Assembly: GCA_020725175.1 (NCBI GenBank) | Contig: DYFM01000004.1 | Location: 20,015 to 84,014 of the forward strand | Source: Candidatus Paceibacter sp. | GTDB lineage: Bacteria > Patescibacteriota > Patescibacteriia > Magasanikbacterales > UBA922 | Reading direction: 5' to 3' | DNA: 64,000 bases | Part shown: piece after piece, positions 58,401 through 64,000 of the stretch | Numbering within the stretch: the stretch's first letter is position 1 | How the letters are laid out: the number at the start of each line of letters is the position of its first letter | Made by a program: the position numbers and the translations under genes | The notes under the pieces: model-generated | What the model was told of the DNA's origin: nothing | The model's database searches: none | What the model saw: only the letters and a program-made list of their open reading frames with translations

Positions 58401-60411
58401 TCTCTCTCCAAATACGCAGTACTCGATCACTCTACGCGCGCAAAACGGCAACAATATTCCAACCGCTTTTTCTGATACGACAAGTACGTATACGTTAGCG
58501 GAAATCCCAACTAGCTTGGCCACCTCTTCGGTCGCACAAACCAGTATCACACTCACCTGGAACGGCGGTTCTAATCCGGGGACAACGGTCTATACCCTTG
58601 CCACCGGTTTGGGGACTACGATTGCGACGACAACTGCCGAAACGTACACCTATTCCTCATTGACCTGTAACACAGAATACACCTTCAAAGTGAAAGCAAG
58701 TAATGCCGATGGTATTGATACCGATTGGTCTGATACTCTTACCCAAACCACCAGTGCCTGTGACGCTGAAGATCCGGGAGATGGGGGAGGGGATGATGGG
58801 GATAATGGTGGAAATGATGTCGGAAACAATGAACAACCCTCCAGTGGAGCGGCTCCACCACCATCTGTCTCAATTCCTCTGCCAATTTCACTATCTGTCA
58901 ATGGACAAACCGTCAATATCGATACCAGTGAACAAACCACGACCGGTGGTGATTTATTGGTAGAAGCAGATATCATTGAAGCCAAACTCAAACCAAAGAC
59001 TGGCTTCAAATTGCCAATTCAAAATCAAACGCACACGGTTCAACTGATTGACATTGCCGACAAAACTGCGATTCTTGAAGTTCGCTCCAAACCGGTTCGG
59101 GTGGCCTTGAAACAAAAACAAGAAGCAGTGGTTGATACCGATGAGGATCAGATTCCGGATCTCCATATTTATCTCAAAGACATCTCACTCTTTCAGTCCA
59201 AGGCAACTGCGGTTGTTACGAATCTTCACAAGTTGCCGATTTCTCTCAACAACAATCTTTCTGAAACAATGAGTAGAGACATTCTTGTTCGACTGATTGA
59301 GTTGCCAAAAGTAAGTCATGTCGCACTTTCTGAAGACAAAAACTTTACCGGTGTTTCGTACGTGCCATTTGAGCGTTTGCGAGGGTTTACGTTATCAAGT
59401 GGTTATGGCAAAAAAACCGTTTATGTCAAATTTCGCACGTCTCAAGGCGCAGAGGCTGTCACTGCCGCAAGCATCACTCTCGTTAAAGGTACAGAACTGG
59501 ATCAGCGTACCGCATGTCCGCTCACTCCACAATTAGCGTACAAGACAGCAAACCACCCGGCCGTCTACTACATCACAGAAACCTGCACCAAACGTCCATT
59601 TAGTCGCTCGGATGTGTTCTTTACCTATTTCACCAACTGGAACCAGGTTAAGATTATCGATGACAAAACACTTCAATCTATACCAACAGATACCCTTGGT
59701 TTTATGCCATGGGGACCACTCTATGATCCGCAGTACGGGGCTTTGGTGAAAACTGTTACTGATCCAAAAGTCTATCTTCTATTGGGAAATGAAAAATATT
59801 GGATTACTGATGAGAAGGTCTTTAATGCTCTCAACTACCAATGGAACTGGATTGAAGATGTGGATCAACGTCTCCTTGATGCATATGTTATTGGCTCAGA
59901 AATCAACTATACCGATCGTCATCCGAACTATACTCTCATCAAGTACCAACATAGTCCAAAGGTTTATCGATTAGAACCCTCATCCGAGGGGGCACAAATC
60001 AAACGTCATATCAGCAATGAAGCAGCCTTCATCTCACTCAATTTCCGTTTTGATAGAATTGTCACGATTCCGGAGACAGAAACATATCCTGACGGAGAAC
60101 CGTTGCAGGGAACAAGCGGGTCGTTGCAAATGGTTTATACTTCGAAACTACGAAATAGCGAAACAGCGAAACAATCGCAGAATTCTTCTTCATACCAATT
60201 TACCAAAACGTTGCAACTAGGGGATTATGATCCGGACGTGATTGAACTTCAAACCAAACTCAAAGAACTTGGATACTTCCATCATCTCCACATTACCGAC
60301 TACTTTGGTCCAGTTACTGAAGAAGCTGTGAAAGCCTTTCAACGAGATCGCGGTCTTGATCCAATTGGAATTGTTGGTCCGGGGACGAGAGGTGTGCTGA
60401 ATGATTTGTAA
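46402..60411 (+). CDS. giant (4669 aa) cell-surface protein: signal anchor, three Gly-rich beta-helix-like modules, LamG/ConA-like lectin domain, more than 25 fibronectin-III-like repeats, C-terminal peptidoglycan-binding domain
   Basis: uninterrupted 14-kb ORF; repeated 'TLTHTDNTTAQTH..VTVSGSI..GGxGGxG..GGGRIAIV' modules; LamG-like block about 50880-51540; many 'SWT/WTDN..YxV' FN3-like units; C-terminal 'LQLGDYDPDVIELQTKLKELGYF..VTEEAVKAFQRDRGL' PG_binding_1 motif. Confidence 0.85.
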   Translation: MVIMGKIIKRHWHKTLLLVLLVSVAGFFGLFGSRYGFKTDVVKADSRTITCNGTSRTLTVGAYTDAAGTTFESGSDLILDQGSGACTFTLNGTVSLASLNVGSGVTLTHSDNTTAQTYTLVLNVTGDVTVSGSIDVSGKGFSPGYGSGAGMNYSAGNMSGAAYGGYGGSGGWSSSYTKAVSYGSALAPAEIGSGGGNGYAATTGGDGGGHVKITATNLTVSGSILANGNSGTISGGYGGSGGSGGSVYLLVSSTVNLTGATLTANGGNGANGTVNNTSADGGAGGGGRIAIVNYASYSAPTTLSVYGGTAYLNAQDGGAGSIYIKENGTNGTLTYDNNSSADSIGSRITDSANYTIDELVLKNGTSLTIPSGVTINSSQSTFNNTGTNTLTLVGIFNLTNTEFTFPSNLTFSASGNASIGTSITSSTIAGTVTFTYGMTQNLSSLSTVRVASGGTLFLSSYTTSNALTIDTLTVEGTLTHTDNTTAQTHIINVVASDVTVSGSINVNARGFAGGATGSHGSGNVNGYGIGYSNGNSGGAAYGGYGGAGGYNGGANGKATAYGDALAPTDLGSGGGGGYNSAGGDGGGTIKITATNLTVTGSIVANGETGKTTGTYGGGGGSGGSIYLVVSSTVDFTGATITANGGNGGDGSGNDTSANAGAGGGGRIAIVNYSSYTAPTTLTAYGGIGPTNASDGGAGSIYIKQTGTNGILTYDNAVSVDGTGSIITASANYTIDELVLKNGAALTLPSGATITSNQTTFNNIGTPNPTFVISGTFNPGNTSFIFPSSFTTTFGSTGVLSTVTSSTLQGTAGWTYGFTHSLSNLTIDSGSTVTLSSFTTSNALSIATIIINGTLTHTDNTTAQTHVINLSATDLTIGASGSISGNAKGYTGSSAGTVGNGTGGGTYAGGAGGASHGGVGGAGTNSSQKAAYGSASLPVTIGSGGGGGSGWGGGDGGGYVKVLVSNLTLAGSISVNGAGGTSNGSYSGGGGSGGGVYLNISGSFSGAGSISADGGDGGGGSASYDGGGGGGGRIAIVPLEGSLSYTGTITVDAGVGPDAAQDGGTGTIYILPNSSFTLDASYTSAAWPGTISGTSTDHDVSVAQVDLKIQRFSDSYYWNGSDWTASETWVTSTGTSTWSYSFSGGNMTDGTYTVTSRATDSDGEVEAVLTSDSFTFSSIASAPPVAGVPAYASQASDGSGYVTITAEVSDPNFDSLKLRVDYSDNGGINWYDPDLVSVSASVGTNPDLDDANVYQIGTVSNISTASSNTLSIVWNTKSASNGNGAIAGRQTDIMVRVLPNDIIGEGDGTYATSTAFTVDNSAPSGPGTASASFSGLNASIFWTAVTEDEFSRYEIWYGTSQSDVEGRTGAAQPYTTSSDPNLSSTSTINVTISSLSLGQIYYFQVFAFDAYGNYSTSTVVSGTVPGTPPTVSTPTLTQQLSDGTGYITFTTQVHDTDTEDLSLRVEFSEDGSAWRKAYIVTSSVNYGTSTIFNVNTNQISVDRLRANNGSLYSDLVAHYDFDTDTSTLADITGNGYNGFWSTGAASLTIGRYDSAGDFGAQYVQVNTPILNDPPFSVCLWAKPDSLSPSSNDYIIANGAHTSAKGFSLYYNTSGWNWVVKNISYSKTQVLSASSGWSFLCGTWDGTDTAGAVKFYINGSENSTTAVGGGSSVSQDLRIGEASDATGYRFEGLIDEISIFNRILSSDDVLELMNAPYPSGSTTTLTIVWDPTSASNEGGALTGEQSDIQVRVRANDSLQNGEYVTSSEFSVDVQAPTGLANLAVTATSTNGTVDLSWSVTSDTNFNRYEIWYGSSSSDVSSRSGSATRWTTSSDSNLSSGATTSSTLTGLPGGTLYYSVFAIDDYGNTATTTQVSATIVRDFVSTQTGNWNVGTTWGGACSSSCTAGTDFPTSTDTVVVTSTHVVTIPASTSASFNSLNIRGTATVKMVGNIGTGTDITIENGATLQQENTSLQTISGTLTVENGGTFTHTAQTDTSSSGGWTTLSNIHFSADTILINSGGAITASQKGFAGSPAATNASDLAAQGYGPAGGYKASGGASHAGTGGASSWSGGAQNTTYCTKTLPATMGSGGSAAQGTSPNGDGGDGGGLIQLYANQITVTGSILSLGGDGTAGSASGSGGGSGGGVFVSTTVISGSGTISVNGGNGYSYGNFNGGGGGAGCVSIIGTEGSLSGFSGSINKTGGVGPGAAGDGGAGTLYIRPDSSITSLTTSSYTNFSWSGTISGTSTDHDDSVSNVHLRIQRGSDSQYWDGSTWTASETWVTSTGNTSWSYDIAAGNFTDGVSYTISSRATDSESEVESVYDTATFSFSTEANTAPTATALSVSQIASSTARGIVYATTTVSDSNLQDTSLYIDYSLDNGVNWTSSTIDVFSISGQTNGYSTSTGQISGIDSSAGEKTVTFIWYAYTDAGAIDISSAQLRVTPNDGTVNGSIQTSASFNLDTNPPSGLGSFTVSSYTSEQVHLTWASTTDTNFDHYEIWYGTNQNDVQNRQNTAIEWDTTDDADLAIAGTASTTITGLTPDTYYFKIFAIDSYYNESTVADINTTNSNTAPTSTISVQPSQTTNGTQTISFTATIQDTDATQTSMIVEHSTDGSSWTSSTILSVTPDFGSVTTSIGQITLIDTDLADNNTVSLAVTLSASVNFPNTSDDTVYIRLTPQDSYANGSSLTSSAFIVDTINPTTPGSFTVSTSTTSTITFTYGSASTEDHFSQYKVYYTQASSGVTINDTEISSSTVSALGSRTFNGETTFTLASLSPNLPYTITIKAFDSYGNVSSLATETTAYTNPTIPISLAVSSLNETTLQLSWNANSNPSGSIYYLAYSDNTFIATTTATSTNVTIETPGQEYTFKVRTQYANSTTTYSDYSATASGSTTINPPNAPTGVTPASVSTSTLTLSWTDTNSYEDNYFVYLDTTEGESDTLVTTTASNVTSTAISGLTPNTTYYFTVVASNTAGTATSTQSSTTTISLSPDAPTDLTVTNIQSTSLTLSWTDNTSGTNAEDNFIVKYGTSTGSYSTTATTTQANTTSSTVTGLTPNTEYFFVVLATNEAGTATSTEFSTTTLDSAPTAPTNLTVSNKSTSTLTLSWDDNANNETSQTVLYDTDNNSFNNSSSQSANTTSTSITGLTPNTQYYFKVRSTNAGGSNDSTVTTTYTTANAPTILSITAVSYDRISLSWNANTNPSGTVYEVTRVNGEDILLATTTETSYTVTGLDVETTYTFKVRAINADGSGYSNYSDPEAEATTSIDPPTAASGLSFSSVASSSLVISWTDNSTGSAEETSFSVKYGTASGTYSNTATTTAANVTSSTVTGLSPSTTYYFVVIASNSSGSTTSTQASTSTVIYAPAAPSGVTILSTTADTLSLSWTDNSSGDTQEADFLIEYGTDGVSFPSSTTVAANETTALLTSLTPNSTYYVRVTARNSAGSATSDSVSSATSIGLPPKPSSLTFSAVSTSSLTITWTDNSSGDYQEASFTVAYTTDGSTYTTATTTAPDTTSASVDSLTPNTTYVFKVTATNASGSGISDTETTTTLPLAPAAASGLSVASTTPSSVTLTWTDNTGSTDNEEYFTIEYGTDGVSFNNSLIAIKDTTSRTVSGLSPSTTYYFRIAANNSAGSSTSDVVSATTNVGAPMVPGSLTAVSVTTSTVSLTWVDNSSGENEEDNFIVKYGTDGVNYGTTATTTGQHVQAATVTGLTPGLRYYFIVEARNTTDAAVSQDVIVTMLPNAPGAPTLESASATSIQLSFAANGNNAEVDYAIYNETTGKYINTVSNEPSLSAGWQTAAQWGSPITVSGLAPNTSHVFKVRARNANGDFSEYSATSSLYTLAATPTRLSASVASATSITVSWNANSNPSGTVYEIYDYTNTTVLTTTTETSYSLTGLGINTGYRFQVRAEHAGSPGTYSDYTSPPSTLLYTLATAPNPAVVSSVSTSSFTILFSDSDTNPSHTKYAIRIGDSQYLQADGSLSASTLYQTETVWNSPSYVGLSPNTQYSITLRAQNGNNIPTAFSDTTSTYTLAEIPTSLATSSVAQTSITLTWNGGSNPGTTVYTLATGLGTTIATTTAETYTYSSLTCNTEYTFKVKASNADGIDTDWSDTLTQTTSACDAEDPGDGGGDDGDNGGNDVGNNEQPSSGAAPPPSVSIPLPISLSVNGQTVNIDTSEQTTTGGDLLVEADIIEAKLKPKTGFKLPIQNQTHTVQLIDIADKTAILEVRSKPVRVALKQKQEAVVDTDEDQIPDLHIYLKDISLFQSKATAVVTNLHKLPISLNNNLSETMSRDILVRLIELPKVSHVALSEDKNFTGVSYVPFERLRGFTLSSGYGKKTVYVKFRTSQGAEAVTAASITLVKGTELDQRTACPLTPQLAYKTANHPAVYYITETCTKRPFSRSDVFFTYFTNWNQVKIIDDKTLQSIPTDTLGFMPWGPLYDPQYGALVKTVTDPKVYLLLGNEKYWITDEKVFNALNYQWNWIEDVDQRLLDAYVIGSEINYTDRHPNYTLIKYQHSPKVYRLEPSSEGAQIKRHISNEAAFISLNFRFDRIVTIPETETYPDGEPLQGTSGSLQMVYTSKLRNSETAKQSQNSSSYQFTKTLQLGDYDPDVIELQTKLKELGYFHHLHITDYFGPVTEEAVKAFQRDRGLDPIGIVGPGTRGVLNDL

Positions 60412-60464
60412 AAAATGTACCTCATGTCTTCAGATTATAGTAACAACACTATAAACATATTTCT

Positions 60465-60650
60465 ATGAATGAAGATAAATTGACTTTGTCAGTAGTACAA
60501 TTACCAGAAGACATGAGTGAGGTAAAAAAGACGACGGTGATAAAAGACAAATTATCAGAGCAAACTTCAAAAATTTATGATACTTTAGATGAAATTTTAA
60601 AAGTAGTAAAAGATACTAAACAAGAAATGGTCATCATGAGACCGGCATGA
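60465..60650 (+). CDS. hypothetical small acidic protein
   Basis: 61-aa ORF, coding-like, no motif. Confidence 0.3.
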   Translation: MNEDKLTLSVVQLPEDMSEVKKTTVIKDKLSEQTSKIYDTLDEILKVVKDTKQEMVIMRPA

Positions 60651-60765
60651 ATAAAAGCAAAACAAAACAGACACACATGAAAAAGATACTCAAAGGATAA
60701 ACCCCACGTCGAAATTCATGATAAAATTCATCTCAAAACCGTCGTTTCGCAGGCGGTTTTGTATT

Positions 60766-60794
60766 TTGACAACACCCAATTTCAAAGGTATACT
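60766..60794 (+). promoter_or_regulatory. consensus sigma70-type promoter TTGACA-17 nt-TATACT
   Basis: -35 TTGACA 60766-60771, 17-nt spacer, -10 TATACT 60789-60794; precedes PAS-sigma gene. Confidence 0.6.
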
Positions 60795-60842
60795 GAAACT
60801 TCACAGACTATAGTTTTTCCAGCCTTTCAAGCATTTTCTCAC

Positions 60843-61913
60843 ATGTTCAACAATTTCTCTGGCACCATCATCATTACCGACCCAAACGCGGTGATTCTCT
60901 ATGCCAATCCGTCGGTAGAAGAACGGACCGGTTTTTCGGTTGCGCAAGCAGTAGGAAAACGACCGGGAGAATTGTGGGGTGGACACATGCTGCGAGAGTT
61001 TTATGATCGGATGTGGCAGACGATACGTGAGGAAAAACGCCCGTTTGTTGGTGAAGTAAAAAATAAGCGCACAGACGGTACGTTTCGGCGTATGGGGCTC
61101 CATATCGCACCGATTATCAATCGTCGAAATGAGGCAGAATACTATATCGCTATTCATCCGGCAGTGACAACTGACGTGGAAGAACGACAATTTCAACAGG
61201 AGTTTGCTGAGGTATTTGCACCATGGCATGTTTCTACTTCTTCGGAAACAATTGCTTGGTTGGCGCGTTGGACCAAAGGCGAAGCCAAATTGACGCTTGA
61301 CGAAGGAGGTGTACTCCACAAAACACATCTGGTTGATATGGTCTCCTTTTTTCGTACGGAACTCATCAACCCGATTGCCGAAAAGTTTCAAGAGCGAAAG
61401 GCTGATGCAGAATTGGTACGATTGGCACAAGAAAAACCAAGCAAGTTCCATTTGTTATATGAAAAGTATCAGGCATCAGTTGAACAGTATTTTTTGCGCC
61501 GGTTAGGAGGGGATGTTATGTTGGCGGAAGAGTGTACACAAGAAACGTTTATTCGTGCGTTTCGATTTTTACCGCAGTATCATATTACCAATGCTTCGTA
61601 CCAAACTTACCTTATGCGTATTGCTCACAATTTACTAGTAAGTCATTATCGCAAACAAGCTCCACTGTCTCTTGAAGAGCAAGAAGGAACATTGGTCAGC
61701 GAAGATAATTATGAGGGTATTTTTGACCAAGAAGAATTGCGACAATTATTAGAAACTGTTTCGGATGTTGAACGAGATATCTTAACGATGAAATACATTG
61801 ATGAATTATCTATTCGTGACATTGCCGTAACCCTCGGAAAAACAGAAAATGCCGTGAAACTTATGTTGTCGAGAACAAGGAAAAAATTGAGAAATAGGGA
61901 AATAACGAAATAG
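60843..61913 (+). CDS. PAS-domain fused to sigma-70/ECF-type sigma factor (sigma2 + sigma4 regions)
   Basis: N-terminal PAS fold 'IIITDPNAVILYANPSVEERTGFSVAQAVGKRPGELWGG'; sigma region 2 'YFLRRLGGDVMLAEECTQETFIRAFRFL'; sigma region 4 HTH 'ILTMKYIDELSIRDIAVTLGKTENAVKLMLSRTRKKL'; start set at Met 60843 downstream of promoter (track start 60759 overlaps promoter). Confidence 0.75.
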   Translation: MFNNFSGTIIITDPNAVILYANPSVEERTGFSVAQAVGKRPGELWGGHMLREFYDRMWQTIREEKRPFVGEVKNKRTDGTFRRMGLHIAPIINRRNEAEYYIAIHPAVTTDVEERQFQQEFAEVFAPWHVSTSSETIAWLARWTKGEAKLTLDEGGVLHKTHLVDMVSFFRTELINPIAEKFQERKADAELVRLAQEKPSKFHLLYEKYQASVEQYFLRRLGGDVMLAEECTQETFIRAFRFLPQYHITNASYQTYLMRIAHNLLVSHYRKQAPLSLEEQEGTLVSEDNYEGIFDQEELRQLLETVSDVERDILTMKYIDELSIRDIAVTLGKTENAVKLMLSRTRKKLRNREITK

Positions 61914-62215
61914 GGAAATAACGAAATGTGTTTCCCTCTATCAGGGGGACGCAAGGGGGTCGTTCAGAGGTAGAGTGTTTGGAACTTGGATAGTGCTTTT
62001 ATGTTAGCCCTTTGCTAGCTAACTAAGGAATAACAGACGACCCAAGGGGAGTGTGTTGGAATGTACAATACACACTAAATAATAACTTTAAACACAAAGA
62101 GAGAAAATAAATTGTCAAAAACAGTAGATCTGAACAGCTATGGTTGATTGAAATAGGTGAAAAATGTGATTTCTTAATCAGTAAAATAGCAAACGCCAGA
62201 TTTTCCCAAAAACAA

Positions 62216-62256
62216 AAAACCGTATCTGCAAGAACCAGTACGGTTTTTTTATTTCC
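62216..62256. terminator. bidirectional rho-independent terminator (A6-CCGTATCTG..CAGTACGG-T7)
   Basis: 8-bp stem with one bulge flanked by A and T tracts. Confidence 0.65.
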
Positions 62257-62317
62257 ACGTTTCGCCCTTCGGTAGGCTCAGGGCTCATCAGTCCCGATCA
62301 TCAATCGGAAGACGTGG
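62255..62317 (-). ncRNA. type III hammerhead self-cleaving ribozyme
   Basis: minus-strand RNA 5'-CCACGUC^UUCCGAUUGAUGAUCGGGA-CUGAUGA-GCCCUGAGCCUACCGAAGGGC-GAAA-CGUGG-3': open helix III (6 bp), closed helix I (7 bp, loop UGAUG), core CUGAUGA, closed helix II (5 bp, 11-nt loop), GAAA, GUC cleavage triplet; all invariant core positions present. Confidence 0.8.
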
Positions 62318-62350
62318 TCCCCGGCGCGAGCGCTGGGGAGCACGCCGGGG

Positions 62351-62485
62351 CTAACGCATCAGGTGTCCGATGCATGAGCCCACCCCTCCCGCCACCGCCA
62401 GAGCAAACAGCTGCTCTGGCGTGTGGCCCAGGAACAGGCCCATGGCGGCGCAGGTCAGCGCCGCCACGATGTAGGACTCCGTCAT
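62351..62485 (-). CDS. GC-rich (about 66% GC) 44-aa hydrophobic two-helix peptide (MTESYIVAALTCAAMGLFLGHTPEQLFALAVAGGVGSCIGHLMR)
   Basis: strong GC3 bias (ACG GAG TCC TAC ATC GTG GCG GCG CTG ACC TGC GCC GCC ATG GGC CTG...) in a 38% GC genome; small-residue Gly/Ala zipper-like helices; followed by 8-bp GC hairpin, hammerhead and terminator; frame differs from track ORF 62301..62501. Confidence 0.45.
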   Translation of the reverse strand: MTESYIVAALTCAAMGLFLGHTPEQLFALAVAGGVGSCIGHLMR

Positions 62486-62813
62486 AAAAAAACCCCATCA
62501 AACACCTGCACCACGCAGATGTGAGGGGTCCTCCTACAAAAAAACTACCAGAGAGAGAGAGTTAAAAGTCAATAATAAATCGCTCTACAACCACCTTGTT
62601 CCTTGCCACTTACCTCTGACACCTTTTCCCTATTTCTGCGTTTATTAATATAGAGTACCCGCCCTGGGCGGAAAAAGTAAAACAACAAAACAATAAAACA
62701 ATAAAGCAATTTAGCAATGTGACAATATAACAATCAAACATTTTATACATTAGTTCAATTCAATGAGCCTTCGAAGCCTTGTAAGCTTCGGGGACCTCGT
62801 AAGCCTTTCAACT

Positions 62814-64000
62814 ATGCCTATCTACAAAATTCAAAAACGTAACGGCACTATCGTCAACTTTGAATTGAGTAAAATTGAACATGCGGTGCGGCAAGCAGCG
62901 AAGTCGGTCAATCAATTGGACGAGGGAATCCCTCCTACGGTAGCCAAGGAGGTGTTGGTTCAACTTGAAGATTTGTATCAAGACACAATTCCAACCGTAG
63001 AACAAGTGCAGGATGTGGTGGAGGAAGCATTGATCAAATTTGATTACGCGGAAATTGCCAAGGCATATATTTTGTATCGTCAAAAACGTAATGAAGTCCG
63101 TGAAGAAAAAAGTGTGGTGGTAGAAGTGGGAAAAACCATTGATGAATATCTTGGGCACCTAGATTGGCGCATTAACGAAAATGCAAATATTGGGTATTCT
63201 ATCGGGGGGTTGATTTTAAAAAATTCCGAAAAAATTGTCGCCAACTATTGGTTGAGTCACATTTATCCAAAGGCTGTAGGTGAAGCGCACCGAAACGGGG
63301 ATTACCACATTCATGATCTCGGTATGTTTACCGGGTACTGTGCCGGTTGGAGTCTGCGGGCACTTCTTGAAGAAGGATTCAATGGTGTGCAAGATAAAGT
63401 AGAGTCCGGCCCACCAAAGCATTTGAGTTCGGCCGTGGCACAAATGGTAAATTTTCTGGGTACCCTCCAAAATGAATGGGCAGGCGCACAAGCATTCTCC
63501 AGTTTTGACACGTATTTGGCACCCTATGTAAAAAAATACGAAATGGAACTTGAGCAAGAAATCGACGAACACGGGATGCAGTTTTTAACAGAAGAAGCGA
63601 AGCAGTTGTATATTGACGAAAAGACGTATCAGTATGTGTTTCAAAATATGCAGTCGTTTGTGTTCAACTTAAATATTCCATCTCGCTGGGGAACACAAAC
63701 ACCATTTACCAATATTACGCTTGACTTGCAATGTCCGGAAGATTTGAAAGATAAACGGTTGTTGCTTGGAGGAAAACCATTTGAGTTTACGTATGATCAA
63801 TTGCAAAAAGAAATGAACATGATCAACCGGGCGTATATTGAAGTGATGAGCCAAGGTGATTCCAAAGGACGTACGTTTACTTTTCCTAGTCCGACGTACG
63901 ACATTACCAAAGATTTTGATTGGGATAATCCAGCCTATGAGCCATTATTTGAAATGACGGCCAAATACGGTACCCCATACTTTCAAAATTTTGTGAACTC
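62814..64000 (+). CDS. nrdD: anaerobic ribonucleoside-triphosphate reductase (class III RNR), N-terminal part; runs off window
   Basis: N-terminal ATP-cone 'MPIYKIQKRNGTIVNFELSKIEHAVRQAAK', downstream class III RNR core ('FTFPSPTY'); no stop within window. Confidence 0.85.
   Translation, partial: MPIYKIQKRNGTIVNFELSKIEHAVRQAAKSVNQLDEGIPPTVAKEVLVQLEDLYQDTIPTVEQVQDVVEEALIKFDYAEIAKAYILYRQKRNEVREEKSVVVEVGKTIDEYLGHLDWRINENANIGYSIGGLILKNSEKIVANYWLSHIYPKAVGEAHRNGDYHIHDLGMFTGYCAGWSLRALLEEGFNGVQDKVESGPPKHLSSAVAQMVNFLGTLQNEWAGAQAFSSFDTYLAPYVKKYEMELEQEIDEHGMQFLTEEAKQLYIDEKTYQYVFQNMQSFVFNLNIPSRWGTQTPFTNITLDLQCPEDLKDKRLLLGGKPFEFTYDQLQKEMNMINRAYIEVMSQGDSKGRTFTFPSPTYDITKDFDWDNPAYEPLFEMTAKYGTPYFQNFVN

Noticed and set aside
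46914-60000. Numerous 60-160-aa ORFs in alternative frames inside the giant gene and other long genes
   Set aside because: They are nested within a continuous 4669-aa reading frame with coherent domain repeats. They are overlapping-frame artefacts of a repetitive, Gly/Thr-rich coding sequence.
62301-62501. Track ORF (66 aa, TTG start) across the GC-rich islet
   Set aside because: Its frame lacks the pronounced G/C third-position bias seen in the +1 frame (62351..62485), and it runs through the GC hairpin. The 44-aa frame is preferred, with low confidence in either.

Overview
The window is low-GC (about 38-40%), gene-dense bacterial DNA with a reduced gene repertoire of the kind seen in the Candidate Phyla Radiation (CPR/Patescibacteria) or a similarly streamlined organism. 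Housekeeping genes present: rlmD, yihY, iscS, rlmN, prmC, prfA, rpmE, secG, RNase J, trpS, a partial nrdD, two tRNAs and an ssuABC-like ABC importer. Accessory genes: a 4669-aa surface protein, a 1275-aa secreted glycoside hydrolase, a DUF2207 protein, DUF4143 ATPases and an AbiEii-type toxin. Standard genetic code; stops are mostly TAA.

Main observations:
1. A textbook type III hammerhead ribozyme lies on the minus strand at 62255-62317. It sits between a tiny, anomalously GC-rich ORF with a GC hairpin and a bidirectional terminator, forming a compact four-part cassette of apparently foreign composition.
2. A second GC-rich micro-ORF with a GC hairpin (39040-39245) sits in the leader region of trpS.
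3. That leader carries a 22-codon peptide with three consecutive Trp codons and an attenuator-like terminator and antiterminator.
4. A sigma factor has an N-terminal PAS domain (60843-61913), an unusual fusion.
5. The locus is heavily colonised by at least six families of small repeats. These include a double-hairpin element inserted in-frame into rlmN and prmC, a TIR-bearing element, a gene-upstream element, and octamer microsatellites.
6. One DUF4143 ATPase gene is frameshifted and sits next to a pseudo-copy of the neighbouring U32 gene 5' end.
7. A long, near-perfect 160-nt hairpin (24122-24280) and a 36-bp perfect palindrome (40691-40726) remain unexplained.

No CRISPR array, rRNA or recognisable IS transposase was seen.
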